Source: Laetmonice hystrix (lineage: Eukaryota). Taken from it: a stretch of 64,000 bases of DNA. Below, piece by piece: positions 51,679-64,000 of the stretch. How positions within the stretch are numbered: the first letter of the stretch is position 1; every line of letters starts with the position of its first letter. Under the pieces are notes generated by a model that saw only the letters and a list, made by a program, of their open reading frames with translations, did not search any database and was not told the DNA's origin. The stretch spans positions 19,780,001-19,844,000 of the forward strand of contig OZ249436.1 in the NCBI GenBank assembly GCA_965235115.1, in the 5' to 3' direction. A program made the translations under genes and the position numbers.

Positions 51679-52941
51679 CACTCTTAGAAATAAGGGTTCT
51701 TAGAGGTTCTTTGTATAACTTCGAAGTTCCACATGGAACCAAAGGGTTCTATACGAGGTAAAGGGTTCTTTGTAGGAAAGTTGGGTTCCATGTGGAATCA
51801 AAAGGTTCTATACGGGGGAGAAGGGTTCCTTGTAGGAAAGTTAGGTTCCACGTGGAACCAAAAGGTTCTATACAGAGTAAAAGGGTTCCTGTTATGAATG
51901 TAAAGTTCCACAATGAACCTTTCTTTAGTTCTTTAGGCCCCTAAACTTTATTGACTCAGACGAAGGTTGTTCAATCAACATTATTTAATAGCCCCTAAGG
52001 ATCTTGACACCTTTGACGACTGCAGAGAAACTATTTATTATAGTCTGATAAGCATTATTTAAAATAACTCTGACTACGTATAGAGATAGGTTGTTTGAGG
52101 TTCCCAGTAGAACTTCTGAGTTACTTGTGGCACCTGGGTTTTTTTTAAGTTCTAAAAAAATTTAGAGTTCCTTGTGGAACCCGGAGGAAAGGTTTTAAGG
52201 GTTCTTTGAAATGTTGAGGGTTCTATGTAGAACTCTTCTAGAAAAAAGGGTTCCATACAAGAAACCAAGCACGAGTTGACCCTCAACCCCGACGTGTCAT
52301 AAAAGGGGCCTACATATGAACGCCGGCTAATACGACCATGGCATAGATTAATAATAATATTAATACAGTCTTTGTCATATGGTGATGAGTGGAAGGTCAA
52401 ATAGTTGCCTAATTAGGCCCCCATGAAGTGTGGTTCGTTAACATTTGTCTAGGAAACACCATCTTTGCAGGCCAGAAGACGTTATGTTAACTCCTTGGTT
52501 GAGACAGTCGATATTTTCAGACGGAGTAGCTTAGGCTGCAGACGTTTGAACTTTTATACAAATGAACCTGTGAATTCACCTGGCCATAAGGTTCGCACCA
52601 ACTGGTTCCAAACTAGTTTAGATCCAGTATTGGCTTATTTTATGTCTATTTTGGACAAAAAAGTTTTTTATAGAACCCCTGGGGATTGGTTCTTTGAACA
52701 ACCTTTTGTTTAAAGTTCCCGGAAGAACTAAGGAAAGTGAAGATAATGGTTCTGCGAATAACCTTTTGAAGTTTCCTGAAGAACCTACATAGGTTCTGCA
52801 TGGAACCTTATATCTGTCCGATTTGGGGTTCCACAGGGAACCTAGATGTAAGGTTCTGTGAAGAACCCAACTGGGTTCCGAATACGTGCCAAGGCATAGA
52901 ACCCAGAAAGGTTCCAATCAGAACCATTTATTCTAAGAGTG
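51679..52941. mobile_element. Non-autonomous EnSpm/CACTA-type element
   Basis: CACTCTTAGAA ... TTCTAAGAGTG termini; 2-bp TSD CA; dense subterminal GGTTC/GAACC repeats. Confidence 0.82.
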
Positions 52942-54500
52942 CAGCTTCTATCACTTTTTATAAAAGAATGTATAGCTTGAGAAGATATGCAATGGGTTAC
53001 ATGTATCCTTTAATCGAGAAGAATATACACGGTACATATAGGGCCCAATTCTTTCGAATTTCCTATAAAGTTGTTTCTCGATCTGGAACAAAATGTTGTC
53101 GCGTCGTCTACAGGTAACGAGGACATACATCATGGGTGATGATGTATGTCTACATCCGTCAACGCTGCTTATTGAAACATTCTCCAGATTTCCCAAAGTA
53201 TTGGGTCCGTTATGAGAATTAATTTTGATCATATGGGCATACAAGGTAGGCCCCTATAGGATTTATATCAGATTTATAGGCGTACAATTCGATCCCCCCC
53301 CCCGTAATGACACGGTATTGTATGTACAGGGGCGTAGGAAGGTGAAGGGGGGGGATGAGTCCATCAGGAGCGCCTAGCTAGGGGGGGGGGGGGTTTAAGG
53401 CATGCTCCACTGGAAAATTGTGAGATTTCAGGTTATTTAGGTGACATCTGGTGCATTTTGTAAGACACAAAATAAGGTATATGATTAAAAAGTGGGCATG
53501 TCTATAGGCATGCATAGGCCTACTAGGGTATTAATCTTTTCTTAGGTCTTCGTATTGGGGGGCAGGGGGCCTACTTCTTTGTGGCCTACCACTGATGTTT
53601 AGGCCTATATGGTAAATTAGGCCCGTAGATGGAGGGGGGGTCGTCCGCCCCCCCCCACCCCCACCCCCACCCCCACCCCAATGGGCAGAGGTCCACTCTT
53701 TCGTGCAAAGAAATATAGACCCCTCTAGGCCCTATGTACATCATTTTTATTTTCTTATCAGTTTTCGGTGGAGAGCTAGGCCGCCTTCGATAGAAGCCCT
53801 GGTTGTAGGTCTCAGTCTATTTTTACCCAAAACAAAACATTTTATATAATAATAAAAATCCACTATAATTAGTTATACATTAGTAACCAGAGAGGATATA
53901 TAATTAGCTATAATAATGACAATTTATTCACTCATTTTCTTTGTACAAAAATGGTAAAGAGCTATACACTTAACTAAGACATAAATCCTGATTTAAAAAT
54001 TCTACTTCGTGGTTGTTTAGTATGGAATACAAACCACGCCCATCCTGTACATCAATCATCTCTCTCAAAACTGCATTAATATCTTCTTCAACATTGCTTA
54101 CAGTGTTTTGTCATTCGTTAAAAATATCTTTCGCATTCATTCTACTGCCATTTACGCACACAACTTCTCTCCAATTTCTACCACATCAGACAGACATAGG
54201 ATTCTTGCAAGCATATTGAGTTATAACGCCTTATAAACGAACGTTAAGAACCTGACTTTCAGTGGTACATTCCGTATAATCCGTAGTGCTTTACGCCAAG
54301 CTGTACATTTATCATAGCACTTAGTGTCATACAGCCTCCATATATAATGGGAACCGCACCACGAACATCGAGATTGTTTAAATAATTTGTTTTTAACAAC
54401 AGTCTATGTCCAAAATTAGTGCTAAACATATCAAAAGCTCGCCAGAATCTTGCCTCGGCTGCTCCCACCATACTGTTTCTGTCAGTCGATGAAATTTTTT

Positions 54501-55032
54501 GCTGACTACGTGCAAGTGTGAGAGAGACCATTATGGTCTCTCTCACACTTGCACGTAGTCAGCGCCGTAGTGTGCCGTAATCATTACGTGACAGTTATTA
54601 GGGGTTAGTACGTAGTACTACGTAATCTCTGTGTAATCGCATGTAACACTACGTAATCTCACGTAATGCTACGTAGATATCTTGAAATTTGAGGTGAGAT
54701 ATTTTGTAGCGTCGTTTTTTTGTGACTGCACTAACTTTACATGGCATTACGTGAGACATTACGTAGGATTACGTACGACTACATTAGAATACGTGATGCC
54801 ATGTCTACGTAATACTAATACGTAATATTACGTAATCTCACGTAATGCTACGTACAATGGCTACGTAATCCAGAAAATTTTGAACATGTTGAAAACCTCA
54901 CGTATTCTCACGTATTGCCCCTCGCCTCCCGTACTCTCACGTAATGCTCACGTAATGCTGAAGTACTCATCGCCCGTCATGCCACGTATGTTACGTGAGA
55001 TTACGGTACCGACTACGTGCAAGTGTGAGAGC
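54501..55032. mobile_element. Harbinger-type MITE (54534-55032) abutting the end of another copy
   Basis: TIR core CTCTCACACTTGCACGTAGTC; TTA junction; internal TACGT/ACGTA repeats. Confidence 0.75.
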
Positions 55033-55255
55033 TATAACACAGGGCACAGGATCACCATTTATGCAAATATCAGACGTAATCACATTACAGTTTCTTCCTT
55101 TAAAGACCATATACTTACTTTTTGATCTATTGAATTTGATATCAAATTCATTGACATATAACTCACATATATAGAAATAAGGGGGTTAATATGCTTGCCA
55201 GTGCTTGCCACTGCTTGCCAGTGACTGGCTCATTTGGTCACAGCTATATTAACAC

Positions 55256-55900
55256 ATGGTTATCAACCCAAAGACATCTTGCCCAAAGGACATCAGTGGC
55301 AATATTTGCCGTGGGAAAAACTACAGAGGGATCACAATGTGTAGTTCCTTAACAAAGTTAATTGATATTGTGTTAATAATACGATATTCAGACCAACTGG
55401 AAACTAGCGATATGCAATATGCTTTCAAAAAGAAACACAGTAGAGTCACGTGCAGTCTAGTGCTAAAAGAGGTAGTGAGACATTATACATTATGTATTAA
55501 CAATCAGTCCCAGGTGTTTGCATGCTTCATAGATGCTACAAAAGCATTCGATCGTTTAAGGCTTGAAAAACTCTTTGAGCTTTTGTTAAAACGTAAAGTA
55601 CTATAGAAATAGCATTTATGGTGCCCAGGCTTGGAATTTAAACGACAGTGCTATTAAAGACTTCCAGGTTATGTGGAGTAGGTGTGTCAGACGTATACCG
55701 GTACTTGGTCTGCCCTATGACATACATACAAGATTTCTGCCTCATTTAATAGGCACTAAGACAGCTGTAGATCAAATCTATGAAAGATTTGCAAATTAGT
55801 GAACTGTATGAGTACATCAAATAATCAAAAGGTTAGGAACATCGCAAACTTGTGTGGAAACAGAGCAAGAAGTTTAATCAGCATGAATATCGATTGCCAG
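55256..55900 (+). mobile_element. Decayed LINE reverse-transcriptase fragment (CR1/L2-group-like)
   Basis: NYRGITMCSSLTKLID...QYAFKKKHS...CFIDATKAFDRL RT motifs, truncated. Confidence 0.8.
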
Positions 55901-55989
55901 CAGTTGTAAGTAGTTGCAATAAACATCCAGCAGTGCAATATATTTACAGTGAACATAATATGTTTATACAGTCAAACTGTAAATATAAA

Positions 55990-56785
55990 GTATAGTTATT
56001 TGAATTTGAAGGGAAAATGTATAAAAATAAGCGAAAAACAAGTAGAACTAAAAAGATCTAAAATCATATACAAACTTTTCCAAAATCAACATAATTTACA
56101 CCCCATCGGCTGTGTTAAAATGTAATGAAGAGCTCGGAAGAAATATACAAAAATGGGAACAGTATTTTCGATTGCCTTGTAAATTTACTAGAACTATCTA
56201 TTTACAAAATTTTCAATTCCGTCTTCTACATAGAATTATACCTCATGGAACGCTAATATATAAAATGAACATTAATACTCATGACATTTGTACCGTCTGT
56301 GGTTTAGAGTGTGACACGATCTTACATCGATTTTTCGAATGTGTTGTTATTGCCAATTTATGGAGAGAAATGGAAGACTGGTGGAAAGAGGCCACAAACA
56401 CTGAAATAGATTTAAGACTTTTTGACTGTATATTTGGGATTCCTGATCAAAAAGACCAAAGACTGAATTTTATCATCCTACTAATTAAGTACCACATACC
56501 TAGAAGACTAATAGATGGTGAAAATGAAATAAATTGGGTTGTTTGTAAAAAGTATATAAAATTCAAACTAATTACTTTAGAATACACAATGACAAGGTGC
56601 AACCAAGAAGAGATGTTTAATGATGATTGGAGACAAATCCTAAACACATGATAAAATTATACTATATCATCTACTGTAGCATATCTGTAAACACTGTGCT
56701 GTACTGTGCTGCACTACATGTCAATTATCAATGTAGCGTCCACAAATGACAAATGAAATAAAAAACCATTAAGAAAATAAATAAA
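55990..56785 (+). mobile_element. 3' end of an L1/Tx1-clade LINE (zf-RVT, 3' UTR, A-rich tail)
   Basis: ORF 56112-56651 LQNFQFRLLHRIIP...CTVCGLECDTILHRFFEC..IANLW; AATAAAAAAA at about 56757. Confidence 0.85.
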
Positions 56786-58058
56786 GTAGTTATATTATGG
56801 TATGTACTGTAAATTAACTGCAACTACTTGCAACTGCTGCTGCCAGCACTTTCCTGTAAATATACAATAAGCTCTAACTTTACTGCACCTCTGGGGCCGC
56901 TTTTACTAAAGGTCGATAATAACGACGTCGATAATTTAACAAAGAAGTTTACTTCTATGTTAAATTATCGACGTCGTTATTATCGACTCTTTAGTAAAAC
57001 GGGCCCCTGGCAGGCCTGTATAGTCCATAACTATACCGATACCCAGTAAAACAACTCATTGTCAAGGAAACATTCTTGCAATAAAAGTATGTTTATTCAA
57101 AAAATAAAGTCTGATCTGTGAAAGTCTCATCTATTGTGTATTTGTCACAGCAGATTTGACAATGCAGTCTCGATCCCATGAACAACCAAAAGCCTCCCCC
57201 CCTCCAACAACAACATTGGTCACCCTCATTCATCTGAAAGTGTGTGGCCGATGGGTAAAAATGGCATAAAATAGCATAAACATGCTATTCCCAATTGAAA
57301 TCTCCAACTCTTCAACAATAATGACAATGAATGGCAGTGTCAAAGCAATAAAACACGATCCTGAGATACTTGTAAATTACATCTTACATACTGACATACA
57401 TTACATGTGTACATACAGTACACATGTAATGCAAGCATTTTGTACCCTGAGCTTCAACTTGGAATGATTAGGTGACCGCTTTTAATACTGACAGCGAATT
57501 GGTCTTACAGTTATGCAAGCCAGTCAGTTTCATAGAGTCCTGGATAGCATTGATGAATGCCATCACCTTGGTGTGGATGGGCCGTCTTTTCTTTTTCCCC
57601 GACTTGCCTGCCTGGTGAGGGTTTATAGAGAAAATTTCTCTAAAAAAGAAACCCACTGTATACTGTGACATGACCGTATAAGTGCATCAACCATATGGCC
57701 AACAGTTACAGAGGAAACTGCTATGTTAGCACAAACATTTTAACCAGTTGCTTGGTTCAATGCTACCTAACTTTATCCCGAGGGGTGGGCATTTCGATAT
57801 CTTCTGATATGGCAGGACCCCATTTATTATTTCTCACTGTAAGTCCAACTCTTGAGAAAACTGAACAGGCGAAATTCAAAACGCCACCTGGTAGGTTAAC
57901 CAATCAGATTACCCTAGCCAATTTCTACTTGAGCAGAGAGATTCCATACTGAGGAAGACAGACTTCAAGTGCGTACCGTTGGATGAATTCAAGCGGTTCA
58001 CACTGCACCAAATTACATCCATTTTCCCAAAACATGTTCCTGTAGTCTCCCCCGCCGG

Positions 58059-58313
58059 CAGGCCCGTAGCAAAAGGTCAGTCAAGGGGGGACAGGGGTCC
58101 ATTTCACTAAACACATATATTTACGAGCAGATATAGGCCTTCGAGTTTTATAATATATTAATAATGGATTCCTATGAAGAACTGCTAATAAATATGTGAG
58201 CAATCCATTATAGGCCTACAGCAACAAACAAAAAAGTCTCCTCCAAGAATCAGACAAGAAAAAGCAAAATGTCAGGGGGGCCAATCGACTTCCGGCCCCG
58301 AGCTACTGGCCTG
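58059..58313. mobile_element. Canonical hAT MITE with 8-bp TSD
   Basis: CAGGCCCGTAGC ... GCTACTGGCCTG; CCCGCCGG on both flanks. Confidence 0.82.
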
Positions 58314-61096
58314 CCCGCCGGCCCGGCGCAATGACGCGCGTCATATTTCGCCTCCTATTTTAGCTGGTTACCCCCATGCTGAACTTTTTTTTTCGAAATA
58401 TATAGAACCCTGGGTAGGCCTAATGGCATGCCCCCGATCCATCTTGAATCACAGCGTACTCGGAAAGTTCGTAATGGTACTCCGGCCGTGCGATTCAATG
58501 AAGGCGCCAGCATTGGGAATGCAGTCTGACAGCACAACTTCAGGCTCAAATGCGAGGCGAATTACCAAACCCCCATCTCAAATACGTTCTAATTTCAAAC
58601 CTTGAGATATTCATGTTCCATCATGTACATAAATCTACAGTGATCTGGAAAAACCTAGCAAGCCACTTTGCCTGATTTTCAGAAAACTGGGGAAAACAAA
58701 CCATTCCTGGGATTAAGGTGCTGCAAACAAGCGACAATAAGTTTTTCAAGTCAAGAACTATGAATTGCGTAGAGTTCTGATCACTTGTATAGAACTATAT
58801 GAAAGGGCAAAACCTATAGTAAGTCCAAAAATGGGACTAACTCAAACTGGACAAAAACTAGATCACTGTAGAAATGCTGACGGATTGCTAAATTTAATGC
58901 ATGATTATCTGAGATAAAAAGAATACTTGCCTCAGCTTTCTTAGAGCCAGTCTTCACATCTGACAAATGTCCGCACTTTCTGTTGAATTGATGATGCACT
59001 ACATTTACAGTGAAACTGCTTACAGACAGATTTCTGTAATTTTACAGACAGTTCCTTCGAGATTCAGGAATCCCAATATATCAAAGGAAAAAAAATGTAA
59101 TCCTATTGTGAAACCTGTAACATTACAGTTTTGTCTGTCAAATAATTGCATAATTGCAGAACTGTACACTTATATATTTAACAGTGTGATAGTTTCATTG
59201 ACAACATGAGTGCATACTCATACGCATGCATACGGATACTTTTCTTAAAAGCAAACTGTAACTCGGAAGTCAGAAGTTTTTTTAACTCTTTCCTTCAACA
59301 TAATGAGCCAATCTAATATTTTTTCCAAAAATATTGCTAAGAGCAAAGGGTCGGAAGTTTTCAGAGTTGCATACAGCCCGTATTTTTACTTTGGGTATGG
59401 GTATCATTTTATCAACATACTATCAGGACACATGCCATGCACCAATCATACACGGAGAAAAAAAAACAGAAATCCTATAATATCATCATTTTGTGGGAAA
59501 ATGATACTAACAAACTAGATTTAAGTTACTAAGTGTATCTGATAGGCCCAGAACTCCTCTTTCCAATGGTGTGTCAATTTCCTCAATCGAGTCAGAGTTG
59601 ACTGAATTACTATTGTTTTCCTTCCGCACCCCGAACGCAGCCTTGGACCTAGACGTGGACACCCTTAACAGCTTCGCGTTAAGGATGTGGGACAAGCCAT
59701 AGAGAATTTACCAAATGCGTGGGTTGGCTCGGTTTCAACGCCGATTTCAAATCCCTGTCGCGATGTCTACTTACAATAAAATGCCCATGTTAATGTGTAT
59801 AGTGTTCGCTAGGATCTTGGTCAAGGAATTGTCTATTCCGAAGGTGATTTTGACTTGTCAGGCCTTTTGTTGTAAGTTCAGTCCGACTTATTAAAACTCT
59901 CCATCGCCATTCGGCATCCGTGATAGGGCCTAACATGAATCAGCTGGTTCCGGTTCCATTTGCACATGCGCAGTACCGACAGACAACAATGGCGGACAGG
60001 AACGAATCTTCGATTTGCTTCGATTCAGGGTATAAAAACGGCCGTAATATATTACAGAAGGAGCGCATTACTTCCTAAACTGTGCGCTGCACGTCATCAG
60101 ATGTAAATGGAAGTAATCATGTATTCGTAGAGATATGAATCGGTGCCGCTTCTTTATTTGAAGGGATTTTGCAAATTCTCTATGACGATTCCAACGACCC
60201 TAACACGCTAGTGTATAGGGGAGAGTCAACGGCTACCTTGGACCAAGTTAATCGGTACGAAAATCAGTGCATGAGATGCAATTGGAACAAACGGTGAAGA
60301 CGAAACCCGAATGTTAGATACTCAATTTTATTCATCATTAATTTGTCTGCACCAACCATGTCAAACTTGTCAAAGATCTAACATTGAATTTCGTCGGCCT
60401 ACCTATGCAGCACGGGACCAAGTCAATGCAGATCACTTGGTTGCCATTGAATCCGAATAAGCTTGGACTCATTCCTTACCACTGTCCGGTCAACATTGAC
60501 ATGCCAATCGTTCCTTGCCATGCTGCCTATTATAACGGCTACACTGATCTCCTATTTGCCTGATGTTGCGAATCTCTCGTTTAACCGTCGTATTACTCCA
60601 AGACGTTAGAACTGGCGGCCCTCCACGTGAGAGTTTTTTTGTTCAAGTTTACTGTCAGACTATCACGTGGAAGGGGCTGAGCTAGTAGCTGTATGATAGT
60701 TATAGAAAAGTCCAACAAAATGTGTCGGATGGTCAGTTTCTCTCACGTGGAAGTGCACCCGATTGATTATGTCAGAGAGTTATCGAGTACGCTACAGAGT
60801 GCTTGGTTGTAATAGGCCTAGAACCTGCTCTATTCTGGGAGAGAACTATCAGCAAACAGTCGGTACGGCTGTCCCCTTTATATTAATCAAGCCAGAAGAT
60901 CAGCGATATGGAAGCATGAGGTAATCGTGAATGGTCGCAAAAAGTGACACGGAAAGGGGATGGGTTCCTGGAGGGGGCTTATGGGGGGCAGTTCTTGGAG
61001 GGGCATACGTTTTTTCAGTATTACGAAGCTTGTCATATATAGTAGGTTTGTAGTATATCGAGTTTGGCAGGAGAGAAGATCTAGGCTTAGCTCAAC

Positions 61097-61372
61097 TGGG
61101 TGCGTTTCCCAACCTGTCGATAGCTTGTCGATGTATTTTAAATGGAGATTTTATCGCACGACAGGATAACGATGGTTGTGAAACGCACCCCAGGCCCCGG
61201 TTTTTAGTTTGTAAACCAAGTTTTAAGATTCAAATCTTAAGACTGAACTCTTGTTTCAGAGCTTCTGATTGGTCCTTTAAATGGTGTCAGCCAATGAGAG
61301 ACCATAACACAAGTCAGTCTTAAAATTCCAGTCTTAAGATTGGTAAAATTGCGAACTAAAAACCGGGCCCTG
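61097..61372. mobile_element. Two adjacent palindromic CWG-target MITEs
   Basis: CTG|GGTGCGTTTC ... GAAACGCACC followed by CAG|GCCCCGGTTTTTAGTT ... AACTAAAAACCGGGCC|CTG. Confidence 0.65.
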
Positions 61373-63169
61373 GCCGCTCCAGAACCCAGAAAATCACGTT
61401 AAAAAGACACCAACTTACATGTGTTTGATCCATATGTTGGGGCTCCAGGGTTGTTTTGGAGAAACACTAGGCCTACTATTTAAGGAAGTTCATGAGTACA
61501 ACAGGGGTGAGGCATCCAGGGCCGTAAATTTGGAGGGAATTTGGCCGACACGAGCGGTTTATGCGGCGGAGAGGTCTAGGGGCCTCCCCCAGAAAAGTTT
61601 TTTTTAATTTGGACGGCTAAAAATGCTTTTTCCTTGTATCTGGAGATGACAATCAAAAGCCTGTGATTTGCGAGAACTTATGCCTATTTTATGACTGTTA
61701 AAAAAGTGGGGCACGGCACCCCTAAATCTGATTATGGGACGACCGTTTGAGGAGGTTGTGTTTCCGTTGCCAGGCTTAAAACTTTTAAAACTATATATAA
61801 CCTAAAATAGTTGACTATCTTTAAGTTTGGTAGACTTTAAGATATAAAATTTTACATAATTATGCATAAAATAGAATGTTGCCAAATTGTTACTACGATT
61901 CCGAAAAAAATATTACGTTTTTTGAAATTCCAAGAGCATAACAATAGGTTTTCTCCTGCCTTGGAAAAAGCAAGATGAAATTTAAACATTCACCAATGGC
62001 AATCTCAGAACTAAAAATGAAGATACCGAATAAAAATGGAAACGTTTTGGCAACATATAATTTCAAACGTTTCACCATTTGGGCCGACTTGTTGGCTACA
62101 GATAATTCAACACATTGATGTTCAGTATTTTGCAGGGATAAAAATGTACAATAACAATCTTCGGAAAGATTAATGTAAAGGGGACAGCCAAAACTCCATA
62201 CAGTTACCTCTCATCCTTAATCTAATAGCAATACCACGTTAGAAAACCACGTTAAAAAATGTGACCCCTCCGTAACTCATTGCTTTGCTTAGATTTGAAC
62301 AATTCATTTATTTTATTTACATTTAGCTGAGACAGCTGCCTCAATGAAGTTCACTGCCCTGGGCATCATGAATAAAGCGGTCGGGCGTCATGAAAGGGAG
62401 CGGTTGCCCCCTAAATCTACCACTGGAATGAGGCTACTCTCACGTAGAAGTGTAAAGGCCTCTCAGACAGATGCTATCGTAGGAAGTCTCTCTCGCGTGG
62501 AAGGGTCAAGCGACAGTTGCTTGCAATAGAATCTTGCTGGCTCGCTGCCAGCACTTGCAGATAGTGACTGTCGGCATTTTTCCCTCAGGTGGAAGGAACA
62601 AAGATAGTTCTATCCGACAGCCTTGCGAGAAATGTCTCTATTTCCCTCTCACGTGGAAGGTCGCCTTCGAATAAAGTGTGAAGTCAAATCTAGCTTAGTT
62701 CCTTTGTCACGTGAAGTTTTCGGCAGTTACTTTGGTTGTGACAGCCTATGTACCCAACCATTTTGACATTAGTTTCAAAAGTTGTAATACAAGTTTGACC
62801 GACCTGACGAGATGGTAGGGGAATTTGAAGCACGCCCATGTCTCCCCCATCCGTGTCCACACTAGTTGTTCAACGATGACGTCATAGAGCAGTTCTATTT
62901 CTCTAAGTGGCTAACACGCTGAGATGGTCTGAAAATGGTGGTCTTTATGAAATCGCTGAAAATACTTCAATAATGACTGTTGGCGGACTTCTTCGTCTCA
63001 GAGATAAGGTAGCCACAAATCGTTTGTTCACATCACGATATTTTTGCACGCGCACTGTTACCATCGCGTTTAGATTATTTTAACTTTCGGGGGGGGGGGG
63101 GGGGGGTATTATGTAACTAATAAGTGAAATAGTTAGTGGTTGTCATTAGTAAGATATAGTGACAGTGAT

Positions 63170-64000
63170 TTATATGTTTCTTCCTGAGAACATATGTTCT
63201 ATCTGTTCTATTGTCTTGTCTTTCGTTTCTGGGAGAAAAAACAATGAGTAAATGACTGAAAATAGATTCATTGCAGCAAGAATCCAAAATGCCACGTAAT
63301 CGCTGGTTATTTCAACGATGGCCGGAAAGCTCCGCATCAGAACAAACGCAAAAAGGTACGAGAGCCCCGCTGAAAAACTTGTTATGAATGCCCGACCTTT
63401 GTTGGGCACAATTTCAGTTCTGAGCAGAGGAATTGCAACTCCAACACCCAGCCGATTGGAAATGGCGTAAGATATCAAACATACAAACGAAGCCCATCTC
63501 CTAGCTGTTAGATCCAGAAACCTCTGGCAGAAATACAAACATCCCAGGCTAGCAAGTGTCACCGTTAGAAAAGCCAAAGAGGTGATGATGATTGGACGCC
63601 TGCCTATCTTGGCGACGAGGAAAATAGCCAGGAGCCCAGATGAAAAGTCGACAGCGCCATAGGTAAGCATCGGCAGCCATACGTCACCTTCCCAGCCAAG
63701 ACGACTGACGATGACGTCAAAATAAGACAAGATGATATGTATCCCGGTTGCCGGATATACAAAAGCAAGAGCGACTGCAATTATGGCCGGTTTGTAGGTC
63801 CCTGGCTCTATGAAACTGTGAAGCCATGACATTGAGGGGGAATCGCGGTTGGAGTCGGCGGATGCTTTCATGTCTTTGTACTCCTGGTTAATATCAACAT
63901 GATATCCCCGAAGTTCTGTGAGTGCTGAAAGTGCTTCGTTGTCCTGACCCTTTAAGAGAAGCCACCTTGGAGATTCTGGTATCGTCAACATGGCAAGTAG
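63170..64000 (-). CDS. MFS sugar porter (TRET1/SLC2A6/8-like), C-terminal part; continues beyond the window
   Basis: PESPRWL, KIGRRP, TEIVP..GRA and LPETKDKTIEQIE motifs; six hydrophobic segments; stop at 63170. Confidence 0.92.
   Translation of the reverse strand, partial: LLAMLTIPESPRWLLLKGQDNEALSALTELRGYHVDINQEYKDMKASADSNRDSPSMSWLHSFIEPGTYKPAIIAVALAFVYPATGIHIILSYFDVIVSRLGWEGDVWLPMLTYGAVDFSSGLLAIFLVAKIGRRPIIITSLAFLTVTLASLGCLYFCQRFLDLTARRWASFVCLISYAISNRLGVGVAIPLLRTEIVPNKGRAFITSFSAGLSYLFAFVLMRSFPAIVEITSDYVAFWILAAMNLFSVIYSLFFLPETKDKTIEQIEHMFSGRNI

Noticed and set aside
59989..60078. ATGGCG-initiated short ORF MADRNESSICFDSG...
   Set aside because: Stops after 29 codons; no strong donor or downstream exons identified
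60195..60210. ACCCTAAC as a possible telomerase RNA template
   Set aside because: Only a partial match to CTAACCCTAA; no pseudoknot or H/ACA structure could be supported by eye

Overview
Intron-rich, repeat-rich animal genomic DNA, most likely a marine invertebrate bilaterian (species not assignable from sequence alone). Main content: (1) a minus-strand gene for a secreted EGF-repeat protein at about 1.7-2.9 kb, with a partial duplicate just upstream of its promoter; (2) a KNOP1-like lysine-rich nucleolar protein, single coding exon, + strand, 12618-14018; (3) a complete 11-exon B-type lamin gene on the minus strand, 41421-19073, about 604 aa, ending in the CaaX motif CSIM; (4) an intact selenocysteine tRNA gene on the minus strand, 50233-50319, with upstream TATA and PSE-like elements; (5) the 3' part of a TRET1/SLC2A-like sugar transporter at the right edge. 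The rest is dense with non-autonomous DNA transposons (PIF/Harbinger, hAT-like, EnSpm/CACTA, Tc1/mariner), decayed LINEs, a tRNA-derived SINE, tandem repeats and a recent 1.6-kb tandem duplication. No clearly novel biological system is evident. The best leads are candidate CaaX-less lamin isoforms, a shifted lamin intron, the odd-cysteine EGF gene with a reciprocally broken micro-exon, and a self-nesting MITE cluster. All alignments were done by eye and comparisons with human genes are from recall.
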